A stretch of DNA of 64,000 bases from Phallusia mammillata (taxonomy: Eukaryota). Under the pieces are notes generated by a model. That model saw only the letters and a list, made by a program, of their open reading frames with translations, was not told where the DNA came from and searched no databases. The DNA is taken from contig OZ281501.1 in NCBI GenBank assembly GCA_965637545.1, positions 19,158,001 to 19,222,000 of the forward strand, written 5' to 3'. A program made the translations under genes and the position numbers. Shown one piece after another: positions 11,232 to 22,120 of this stretch. Within the stretch, counting starts at the first letter, position 1, and every line of letters begins with the position of its first letter.

Positions 11232-14200
11232 ATGGCAAAACAAAACCCAGGTGAGATTTGAATAGGATTTAAATTCAGATATAGTTTCGTATTAATAAAC
11301 TAAACGAGCTGACGATTCGAGTGGGTTTGGAAAATACGGACGGAAACTTCAATAAGTTAAAAATCACCAAACATCTTTAAAACGTTCACTGCATGAGTAT
11401 TAGCAAAACAAGATACGCATTTTTAGAATCATAAAGATGACAAGCTGGCCTTGTTGTCTGCATGTGCTTCAATGAAACTTTGTCGTTGTTGTTTTAGCAT
11501 TAAAAATGTTTTGTCTGCTTCTGTTCAGTTGATCGTATTTTTGTATTTGTATTAGGTCCCGTCCCAGAATTTAAATACACGCCAGGTGAAAGGTTGAAGG
11601 TCACAGATGAAATGAAAATAGCTTACGAAGAAGACGGCTTCGTTTTAGTCAGGTAATGACTACTGCAGTTTAATATTAGGTTATTTCGGTACGAATTCGC
11701 AACTAATGTGTCTACGATTTGGATGCTAAGGTGTCACTATAGAACTGGAACCTTAATGAAATTTTCGCAGACATAATTACATTGGGATTTTTTGTTTCAT
11801 TTTAACCTCGGTGAGTGAACAACAACCAGAATGCGTTTAATTACAAAGCACACTTGGTCTGCTGTTGTTTGCTGTGTTGGTAACTTCTATTTATTTAAAC
11901 CGATCAGGTTCAACTTGGTTAAAGCATTGCCCAAAGTTCAGGAAAACACTGTGGTCGACATGGGATTTGAACCCGTAAACTTTGGAACACATTGTCAAAG
12001 GAGGTTGCTCATCGTTTTTACCGCAGAACAATCTCTTTAACTAAAATATAATAGAAATACAGATATCAATGATGTGTTGTTGTGTTTTTCAGAGGGCTTT
12101 TCACACAACCTGAGATAGACAAACTGGAACACGCCGTAAACTTGGGTCACGTGATGAAGCACGCGATCGCTCTGACGGACGGAAAGGGAGGAAAACTTTC
12201 GATGGTTTTGTGGAATCACCCTGGCAACGATTACACGGGATTGTTCGGAAGATGCAGACGCGTCGTGGACACTACAGAGGAGGTGCGTGGGATGGAGATA
12301 GTTTAAAGTAACCAATATCTATTATTATGTATCACCGTCTCATGCAACCGGACGTACCCCGCCAGGTTCGTGCGGTCGGTTGCGATCCTACGGCAGAACA
12401 TATCCAGACAACGGAGTTCAACCACAATTCAAATAACATGACACTTGACTCGATAACCCATGGTTTTTTCGGTGTCCGTTTACGTATCTGTTAAACAATG
12501 GGATGTTTTGCTCTTTATACGAATGCATAGAAACTGACCGCGGATTTGTTTACTGTTTTGCGCAGTTGCTTGGCGGAGAAGTTTATCATTATCACACAAA
12601 GCTCAACATGAAGGAAAAAGGAAAAGTAGGAGGTTTCGAATGGCATCAAGATTATGGGTAAAAAATCTGAACTGGTTTGATTGACGTGTAGCAGTATACA
12701 ATACTGGTTTTTAAACCTATACATCAGGGGTTGGCAATCTCTTTTGTACTGGGGACCGTTTTTAAAAGTGAAATTTTATTGCTGACCGGTCTTCGAAAAA
12801 CTACAAATATTTAGCAATCAAAACACTTAAATTAGTTTATAATCGCCGGGATACATGGGTAAAATGTTTTAATACATTAAACCTGAAAATTGTACTTCTA
12901 GCTGACCGGCGGTTGCCGACCACTGCTATACATCATATAAATATAAGTACAGCACCTAAATTGCAAGCTTGACTCAAAACTTTATTGCTGGTGACTTTTA
13001 GATATTGGTACAAGAACGGACTTCTATTTCCTAATCTTCTGTCTGTTTTTATTGCAATCGACAAATGCGATAAAGAAAATGGATGTTTAAAGGTAAAAGC
13101 TTGTGATTCTGTTTGTTTGAGAAACTTTATTTGTATGGAATCAATTTGTACCTCCAGGTGCTCCGTGGAAGTCACAAACTCGGCCGACTTGATCACGTGA
13201 GGATAGGAAGCCAAAATGGCGCTGATCCTGACCGTCTTGAAGAGGTAACTTTATCATTTAGTACAAACACAAAGCATAAAGCGTTATGATGTTAAAAACT
13301 CAAACAATTTAATATGCTTCGTTACTGCATGGTCTTATTTATGTTTCAAATTTATTTCTAGTGCAAAAAAGTTTTGGAGGAATTTTACGTTGAACTGAAA
13401 CCTGGCGATGGAATATTTTTTCACTGCAACGTTTTACATGCAAGGTCAGTTTAACTGGTACAAGTTTTACAACATTAGGGTGTTCAAATTCGTGGCTATC
13501 CTCCGCAATGGGCCGTGATACCCATTCTTCGCGTGATAAAATTTCCATGTGTTTTTTAATTTGTGCCAGATGCCAAGGCGATATAAATTAGTCTGTGGTG
13601 GGTTTTAGTAAGTTTATCCTGTTGAAAAGATGATTACTATAACTTTGTTTTCGTTGTCAGCGATCAAAACTGGTCGGATCGCAAGAGGTGGGTTCTTATT
13701 CCTTGCTACAATCGGATGGACAATGATTCATATGTGGATCATCACCACGCGAGGGCGACCAAGCTACACAAGGTAATGTTTGTTGTGTGTTACCTTGATA
13801 CAAGTTTAAGTTTGTACTGGACCAAACTTAGGGTCGAAATTTCCCCACACCTATGTGCCCTAGACACAATGTTTGGTACACACTGCCGTGGTGGATTGTG
13901 GCTGAAGAGTTTGTTGGAAAATATGACGTGGCTGAACTTTCAGATAATAAGACAACCCTGAAAATCGAATGTAAAAAGTGCGCAGCCCCTATTAATTCCG
14001 TTGCCACAAACGCGTGCTAACTTTACATTTGGTGGTTAATTCAGCCGTGGCCAAACTTTTAAACGATTAAAACAGGTTGAAAACAAACTCTTCGATCTAA
14101 GGTTTTGTTTTATCACAAAAAATACACAATTTGAAAGTATAACTGCAGAGACTTGTCTTTGCACGATTTTGATCTCGTTTATTGACGTTTTAACAGGTTG

Positions 14201-14340
14201 ATGACTCTGCACTTATGGATTGTCAGGAGTTCGAAGACTTGTCCGGCAAATGGTTTATGGATCCAAGTGAGGACAAAACCATTGTGGCAAAGAAAGTCAA
14301 CGAAGATGTCCCAAGTGAAAACGAAAATGCAAAACAATAA
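11232..14340 (+). CDS. PhyH-family 2-oxoglutarate/Fe(II) dioxygenase (L-proline trans-4-hydroxylase / ectoine dioxygenase-like)
   Basis: Nine exons: 11232-11250, 11556-11652, 12093-12282, 12566-12657, 13002-13092, 13158-13244, 13362-13444, 13661-13772 and 14197-14340. Motifs include [10 protein letters not shown], the HxD in [40 protein letters not shown] (distal His) and RKRW. AATAAA at 14439. Confidence 0.9.
11930..12020 (-). mobile_element. tRNA-derived SINE-like fragment in intron 2 of the PhyH-family gene
   Basis: The minus strand has a B-box/T-arm (CGGGTTCAAATCCCATG at ~11960-11975) but no complete cloverleaf. Boundaries are approximate. Confidence 0.4.
12725..12925. mobile_element. 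hAT (Charlie-like) MITE, 201 bp
   Basis: TIRs CAGGGGTTGGCAA / CAGTGGTCGGCAA. Perfect 8-bp TSD CTATACAT at 12717-12724 and 12926-12933. Confidence 0.9.
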
Positions 14341-14656
14341 AAACGATACCACCAACATCTGACTAATTTTTATTTGCATCTTGATTCTGATATTGTTTTC
14401 TCGTTATTACCCACTTACGTGGTATACGTGGTTTGTGCAATAAAAAACCTTAAAAGTATGAATAATGTTGTTTCAAAGGTTTGGTAAAAGTGTCAACTAA
14501 ATTGCTTTATTTACGAGACTGCTTTGAGACTAATGCGGGAATTGGAAAAAAAGCATTAACACGTGACAAAACAATTGTTGAATGTTAAAAAACGAGTTGT
14601 CAATATTAACAATTTTGGATATAAATGTGTTGATTTGGTCCGTAAATTTAAAAAGT

Positions 14657-17600
14657 ATGAAAGGCCCGAGCAAGAAAAGTTTATCCAACAAAATTAGGTT
14701 GGAATCTCTCGAGGAAAAGAAGGCACTCGAAGCAAAAACAAAACTGCTTATTAAAGTTTCGTTAAGTAATTTAGTAAGTGAGCGTTTATTATTCTTACTA
14801 CCTGATTTCAAATATAATTGCCTAAAAAATTTATGTCTTTATTTTCTAACATTTTATCATTTTCAAACTTATTTTTTTTTACAATGACAACAGAAAATGT
14901 AATTGTTTCTTAACAAGTTTTACTCTTGGCCAATTTCTCACTAGTGTGATCATTTTCAAATTGTTCCAGTTAATCTGCTTGAAATTGTGTGTATTTTGGT
15001 GTTTCTGGTTTCAGTTGTTGCAAATTTCTGCAACTGTAAACTGTTCTGTTATTTTAGGATCAAAGCAAGAAAACCAACAAACACTTTAAGTTTGATGACA
15101 ACAGTTCTGACAGCAATGAAGATGTGCAACAAACAAACGATGATGGAAAGATAACAAAAGTATGTTTAAAGTATTGTTTGGTTATACTTATACACCAGTG
15201 TGATAGTTGCAGGCGTTTTTTTTTTTCAAATACATTTTTTGCACCCGAAAATTTTGCACCCCAGGCATTTATTTGGCTTGTCTTAACCTCTTTTACTTGC
15301 TTTGCGCCTAAATAGGTCTTGCGCTGGAACTTACGGGTTGTGCATGCGGGACATGTTGGTCCTGCACGCACGAGATCTCGTCGGGAACTGCCATGTTCTG
15401 CAGACTGGTATTGGACGTCGAAATGTCGATAGCTATAATAAAACTGCTGGATGAGCAATACTTGGTTACATTATGCCTGGCAACAAGAGCTTATTTTACA
15501 TACTTATGTCAAGACTTGAGAAAAAGTGTTGAAAGTAAAGCTTAGTGTTTCTGAAGTAAATCTTGTTTACAAACAGGCTGCAGCTGTGGAAGATATTCTG
15601 GGACTTGATAATGATTACAGCGACGATGAAATCCAAATTAAACATCAGTTTGAGGGAAAACAAGGAAAAAAGTTGCTCGAAATTCAATCAAGGTTTAAAA
15701 TTCACAACAATGAAGTCAGTTTGCTACAACTCTGTTCTAATTGTTTGGAATAAATTTTATAGAACTGGAATGGATGCGAGATTTAAAATGGATGAAAGAT
15801 TTGTTGAAAGTAACAGTAGCTCAGAAGAAACCGAAGCTTCGGTTGATAAACAAATGGATCAAACTGATGGTAGGGTGGACTGTGTAGTAATAAAGTTATC
15901 ACCACAGAAAGGTTGTATTAACTGAGTTATGTTCAAATGTTTATTGAGCCTGTTTGAAATATCATAAAAATATAAATCTGACATAAGTGTGTTGTGTACA
16001 TAGCTAAAATAGTTATTATTTGATAAGCCTGGCAACAGTAAACTCTTTGATCTGGACAAAACTAAGCATCTGATGTAACAGTGTTAATTTTTACAGAGAA
16101 ACGACGGAATCTTGCAATTCTCCAGCAAGTTGTAGGAGTTGCGGCTACTGCAAAAGCATTGAAGCGGAAATCTGCAACTTTTGTTGACCCTGACACCAAA
16201 CGATACGACCCAACTAAAGAAGGACATGCTCAGATGGAAGTTAAACAAACCAGGTTACAGTTCGGGCATAAGTGACAAGACAAAAAACACCTTTGTGTTC
16301 AATATATATAATGTGTAGTGTGTGTGGTTAACAATTTGTTGAGTAGATTGTTAATATAGTTCAAACTATTGTTTGCACTGTCTTATACTCGTTTTTGTCA
16401 TGTTGCTTTTCCTCAGTGATAAAGTTGAGAAGAAAAAGAGAAAAAAGAAAAAGAAAGACAAACCAGTTCCGGTTGACTCTAGCAAGTTTTACGAGACAAG
16501 TACAACTGAATTGAAAAGTGCATTTGGAAAATCACAAAAAGAATATAATAAGGTATATATGTTTCAAACACTTGATACACACAAGGAGATTTTGTTTTTC
16601 TTGTTATAATTACAATTACGAAGTAGCTTAGTTTATTGTTTTGTAATAATCGCAGAAAACCTACCCACATTTTGGGATTCTTGGGCTATTATACCTCTGC
16701 AAGTGTTGTCTGTTGTTTTTCTACAAAGGATAAAACCGAAGATCACAGTGAGCAAAATGATGAGGATGCTCAGACCTTCTCGTTCCTGAAGATGTTGGGA
16801 AGAGATCCAGAAGATGATCAATCTTCCGATGAAGATCAACTTCCCTACATCCATGAAGGTAAGAAACATTTTTGTACCAAGTCTTAATATTGTATTCCAG
16901 TGTTTGCTGAAGCGTATGGTGGTTCTTGTTTGTGTAAATGAAAATTGGCCCCATTACACATATTGACATGCAAGTTATAATGGTCCATGTGTACATAGGC
17001 GTCGATTTTTTAACTATTGGCAACATTTTAGGGGAGACTTTTCCATGTTTTGAAAACATCCATCAGCCGTTAAAACCCATAATTTTAGGGCAGTTGCGTT
17101 AACTGCTCCGTTGTCCTGGCGACCGCACGATCTAAGTCAGTGGTTCCCAACCTTTTTTTGACGCGACCCAAATACTTACCAAAATTTTGTTTAGTGGTTT
17201 CTCGCGACCCATGGACATGCTATTTTAGTTGAATTTTTGTCTGTAAATTCGGAAAGCTTTTTAAAAATTACTACGCAAGTTTAGCAAATCAATAACCTTA
17301 TAACGAACAAATAGTGTTGTTGTTTTCGACCTAACATTTCCATTTAACCAGGACTTAGAGCTGAATCGAAGAATTATTAGCCAGACAACGCTTAACTGTG
17401 AGCTAACACATCACTTTATGACGTCACAAACAGTTTTAACCATTATCATGACAAGTTGTGATGAAATTATTGTTGGACAACAATTTATAGCCTTAGGAAA
17501 TATATAAAAATTACGCTACACGGCGAAATCAAAAAGTAGATGTTCTTATTGTCACTAAAACAAGCGACCCAACAGAATGTTCAGGCGACCCAACTTTGGG

Positions 17601-20264
17601 TCGCGACCCATAGGTTGGGAAACACTGATCTAAGTTATGACCCATATTTGGTTGCACGTAACAAAATAAAGCTGGCAGATAGAGCAAACTTTCACACAGT
17701 CAGATAGTGAAATTGCGACAGGATTTAAGTGTACGTTGTTCAAGATGTTCATTTACATTGCGTGTGACGATTTTCAAATGACTCAACATTAAACAGAAAA
17801 CGTCTTGTTCGAGGGTTGCTTGCGTTTGGCTGCAAAAATGCCTATTACTTTGACTAGTGCAGAGTTGCACAACCTGCGGGCGTTAACATGTTTATTAAAA
17901 TAAATGTACTGGCGGCCGTGACGTAAATAAAAACTCTTTTGTCAAATATTTTGATTTTCAAGCTGCTCTAAACACATTTTATGGAACTGAAAAAGTATTA
18001 CCAGTTAGGGATCATACGTTGCAGACTTTTTTATGCCTGTTGTATGCAAACAATGGGAAAAACCAGATACGCTAAGCGTCACAATATAGATTATGACGTC
18101 ATAAACAGCTAAGACTGATCGTCAGACTTTTCAGGTCAATCTGCGCTTCAAGTTAGAAATTAATCTCAACTTTTTAGGCGCCATTAGATGGTTGACATAT
18201 TATATATAATATTTCTTTACATCGGTAATTTTAAAACACAAGCAAGCAGGCAATTGGCCGGCTTTTGGTGAAATAAAGATCTGCGATGCGGCCGTCATGG
18301 CGAAGATGTTGTACAGCCCTGGACTAGTCATTTCTGCAGTTAACATAAAGCAAATATAAGATACTTTAACCACCACCCTGTGCTGGGAATAAATCAATTA
18401 ACTATCACATAACAATGCCGATTGTTACTGCAACCATTGTTACGTTGCATAACAAACCACGAGACACTTGCGTTTGTCATTGATTGTGACCTTCAATCTT
18501 ACAAACAGCCGGTTTACGGCATAGGCGTGTATGTGGTTTTTCTGGCAATACTTTATTTCAAACAAAAAACAGGGGAGACAATACATATGTTGTCACCCCT
18601 GTTTTTTCAGGAGGGGAGACATGTCACCCCTAAATCGACGCCTATGCATGTGTACTGTAGTAAACCTGTTCAATTATGTAGTAATGTTTAAAATAAGACG
18701 TTACCAGATGGCTTTTTATTTTAGGATTTGCGTAATTTGTATAAAATAGTTAATCAGCCCTTTCTACAATTTACATATTCTGAAGTACTTTGGTAAGAGC
18801 AAGAACAGCTTTATACACTCTAATTGCTTTATATTTGCTTTACATTAACTGTTGTTTCAAAGATTTACCACCTAAAACTGAAAAACAGAAGCTCAGTGAA
18901 AAGTTTGGGAAAAAGGTTTTCAAACATGACAGCAGTGACAGTGAAGTGGAAGAGGATGAAAAAATGGAGGAAGAACACAAACTGGATAAAGGTAGGAACA
19001 TTGCTTTGTTTGTTCGGGGTTGTTTTGTTGTTCTGTAAGGTTCTAAACATTGGGTAAAGTTGAGTTGAACGAGGGTTATCTTATTATTGCGAATGACAAA
19101 TGACAATCAATCACTCTGGTTGATTTTGTTGTTTGTTTCCATACAGATTGCTACTGTCAGCAAAACTTTTTGGTATGATGGGCAGCAAAGTTGTTGTGTA
19201 TTGCAAATTTTTCAAGTTGTGTGTCTTATCAGTTGCCATAAATTGCATTTGACGCAGTTCATAGCAAATTATTGGTTGATAACATTTTTCCTTAAAATAT
19301 GCACAAACTCATAGCAGGCAAAACAAAGATTGATTTAGAAAAAAAGTTCACATCATTTCCAAACTTATGTACAGTATGCGACACTTTTTGAACAGAATTT
19401 TGTTCAATTGTTTGCAAAGTTTCACAAATTATTACAGTCGTATATCAGAATTTTGTTCACTTTTACTGATAAACAACACTGGTCCCAACCTAAAGTGATT
19501 TTAAAATGTCCCCTAGGTTCTCCACAAGCTTCTGCTTCTACAAAACCCAGCACTCTTTTTATGCTTTCACCTAACGACGAGCGTCTGTTGCAAGGCCCGC
19601 GTTTATTTTGTTCCGGCAAAAGTATGGAGGAAATTCGAGATGAGTGGCTGGAATGCAAAGATGTGCTAAAAGCTGTAAGTCTTCTTAGATGTTCATCAAC
19701 ATCTATTGCTTGCTGCTGCTGCTTCATATTTTGCCACATCTCTTGTATGAGAGCTATAATTGTCTGTGCTACCGATGCATGAATCGTAGTTGCCTAATCT
19801 GTCAAGTGTAGCTGTGTAACATTCATGACTGCTTTCATTTCTTTATTTTCTGCATCAAGGACTAAAATTTCACTGCTTTAGATGCATGAATAATGCCATA
19901 GTTGCTTTTCTACTTTCTGTGGCTGTTTAACAGTTGTCTTTCACAAGCTTATAGCATTTGCATGGGGCGGTGGCTTCAATCTTGATTTCAGACAAATTAA
20001 CATAGTTTTTTTTAGTTGTGCATGTTGTGGTGAGAAGATACTTTTTGTTGTATTAGTTGCTTTGATAAATTGTAATCTAAGAATGGACGAAATCAATTCA
20101 ATTTGAAGAAAGCCATTGATGGAAACATTTCTATGCTGAACGTTTCCCTAATGTCTTTTCATTTGTGTTTTATCTTCAAGGATTACAAGAAAAAACATAG
20201 AAATGCTGCAAAGCTACTCAACCGTGACCGAAATCGAAAACCTGGAACTTTTGATGGGCAGTGA
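14657..20264 (+). CDS. NOL8: NOL8 (nucleolar protein 8)-like, C-terminal regions only, no RRM (~411 aa; an alternative in-frame ATG lies at 14582)
   Basis: Exons 14657-14773, 15058-15159, 15577-15692, 15763-15869, 16097-16253, 16417-16552, 16729-16858, 18863-18991, 19517-19674 and 20181-20264 total 1236 nt in frame. NOL8-type blocks: RLESLEEKK, IQIKHQFEGKQGKKLLEIQSR..MDARFKMDERFVES, RYDPTKEGHAQME, LFMLSPNDERL, DYKKKHRNAAK. Confidence 0.82.
17138..17627. mobile_element. hAT-Charlie-like MITE (490 bp) nested in the outer element
   Basis: TIR CAGTGGTTCCCAACCT / CAGTGTTTCCCAACCT. TSD ATCTAAGT at 17130-17137 and 17628-17635. Subterminal GCGACCCA repeats. Confidence 0.9.
17860..18321. mobile_element. 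Second nested hAT-Charlie-like MITE (462 bp)
   Basis: TIR CAGAGTTGCACAAC / CAGGGCTGTACAAC (11/14). TSD GACTAGTG (17852-17859) vs GACTAGTC (18322-18329), 7/8. Confidence 0.75.
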
Positions 20265-21232
20265 ACCGTGACAAAATGCGTCATGGTTGGATGACTTCAT
20301 GCGATTGTTCGTTTATGGTCAAACCAAACGATGCAAATGGTTTTAAGATGTGCCAATGAAGGTTGATGTTAGTGGTGGTCGAATGGTGGAAGAGGCTGGG
20401 GTGGCCTTCCCACGGATTTTTTCATCTAGTCTCTTTACCATGAAACGATGTTTGACAAATGTTTGTGATCCTGTTGCTTCATTTCACCACATTCCTGTGG
20501 TAGTCATGGTTCCAACATAATACAAATCTATTTCAGTTCTGATTTTGAAGGCAAGGTAGTGATTTAATGCAATACTAAAATACAGGTGTAAATTAAAGCT
20601 TTCCAAGCATTTAATAATTTAAGTACACTAATTTTCTGACTAAATCATCCTTTTCATCGTAGCAGATGAAAGCACAAAACTTTTATTAAGGATGTCTTAA
20701 AAATGCAAACAAATAAAAAACAATCGATTAAAATAGGCCCAGAATGTTCCTTTTATCGCTGCAAAGCCGTGCGCCTGGTGTATTGACTTGTTATCTGATC
20801 GCCATCTGTGACATAACAAGGGTTTAATAAAGAGCATTATGCACTAACAATCGGAAAGCTATGTTCTGGCAAGGGGGACTGATTGCAAGTTCTTACTAAG
20901 TGCCAACTGCACTATTCAACATGGTTTGTGTTTTTGAAACAACGAATTGAAAATGTTCTGTTTGGTCGAGCACCGAGCATCTCACTTCAACGCTCGGTGC
21001 ATTATGACGTCACAAAAATCCCCTTTCTGCGTTTATCTCAACAAGGTCTCTTACGTCACCGGCGGTGTTTTATTAAGCTGCCCATAAAATACGCGTTTTT
21101 CCACCATTTAATACATTTAAAAAATCATTCGTTTTTGTTCATAGACACCCTTTAGAACACTAGTTACGTATGTTAGCAGGGCATGAATATGCAAATTTGA
21201 CGCTCGGGTCAGTTTGTGCAACTACTCGGCCG

Positions 21233-21740
21233 CGGTTCCTTCGAAAACTGCAGGTGCGCTAGGTGCGCTTGGTCCGCTAGGTACTTCACTTGGTAAACTA
21301 CAGGTAACTCGTTCTAATTCAACAAAGCCCGTAAATAGTGCAGGTAACCTTTTTTGAAACGAGTAAACTCGTAGTTACTGCGACGTAACGTAATAATGCT
21401 GTATGTACTGTTTTTAAGGTAGGGTTAGGGTTGGGGTTGGGGTTAGGGTTAGGGTTAGGGTTAGGGTTAGGGTTCAGAGTTTAGGGTTTTGGTTGTGTGT
21501 TGGGACTATCGTAACACTTTTCCAGCATTATTTGCGTGTTTTAACGTTAACTGCAGTATTTACGATTTGACGCATAAAAACAGGACAGCTGTAGTATTTT
21601 CGACTTACGTCGTACCTATTCTGAGTTTAATCGCACCAAAGAGAGTTACCTGCACTATTTTTAAGTTACGTTGCACGAAAAAAGGTTACCAAGCGAGGTA
21701 CCAAGCGCACCTAGCGCACCTGTAGTATTCGAAGGCACCC
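21233..21740. mobile_element. 508-bp MITE with 41-bp TIRs and an internal telomere-like array
   Basis: Arms CGGTTCCTTCGAAAACTGCAGGTGCGCTAGGTGCGCTTGGT and their reverse complement match at 37/41. Direct repeat CTCGGCCG at 21225-21232 and 21741-21748. Confidence 0.8.
21418..21488 (+). repeat. Interstitial telomere-like repeat (TTAGGG x7, TTGGGG x2)
   Basis: TTAGGG at 21425, 21443, 21449, 21455, 21461, 21467 and 21481; TTGGGG at 21431 and 21437. Confidence 0.95.
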
Positions 21741-21785
21741 CTCGGCCGAGCACCGGGCATTAAAAACAGCGATGCTAGGTTCTGT

Positions 21786-21828
21786 ACTCGGTTCTGGCTC
21801 GGCTCGGCTCGGCTCGGCCCATCCCTAC
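21786..21828 (-). mobile_element. Possible hAT-Ac-type terminus with (GGCTC)n subterminal repeats
   Basis: The reverse complement begins TAGGGATG followed by GCCGA repeats. The other end and TSD were not identified. Confidence 0.35.
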
Positions 21829-21941
21829 AACGAATGTGATTACGTGACAGTCACACTTATCTTGCAGCTTCAGTTTTACTAAGCTAGATAGCAGCGGCGA
21901 AATCAAGAAATTACAAAGCTTTCGCTAAAACAAATTATTCT

Positions 21942-22120
21942 TTCCGGTTAATCGAATCATCCCGAAATATCGGTTAAGCGAATCACACGAAATTCCGGTT
22001 AATCGAATCACCCGGAAATTCCGGTTAATCGAATCACCCCCGAAATTCCGGTTAATCGAATCACCCGGAAATTCCGGTTAATCAAATCAAAAATTGAAAC
22101 ACTCGAAATTCCGGTTAATC
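21942..22120. repeat. ~26-bp tandem repeat (GAAATTCCGGTTAATCGAATCACCCG), 7 copies
   Basis: Core CCGGTTAATC at 21944, ~21970 (variant), 21995, 22021, 22048, 22074 and 22111. Confidence 0.9.

Larger units (their letters stand above)
16994..18646. mobile_element. Non-autonomous hAT element (outer, 1653 bp) in NOL8 intron 7
   Basis: Perfect 15-bp TIR CATAGGCGTCGATTT. Perfect 8-bp TSD CATGTGTA at 16986-16993 and 18647-18654. No transposase ORF. Confidence 0.88.

Noticed and set aside
15060-15458. 132-aa minus-strand ORF with a CPAC motif across NOL8 intron 2
   Set aside because: It has a single CxxC, runs through a T-run and antisense exon, and matches no recognisable family.
21942-22120. Regularly spaced repeat considered as a CRISPR array
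   Set aside because: Units are contiguous with no unique spacers, there are no cas genes, and the context is eukaryotic.
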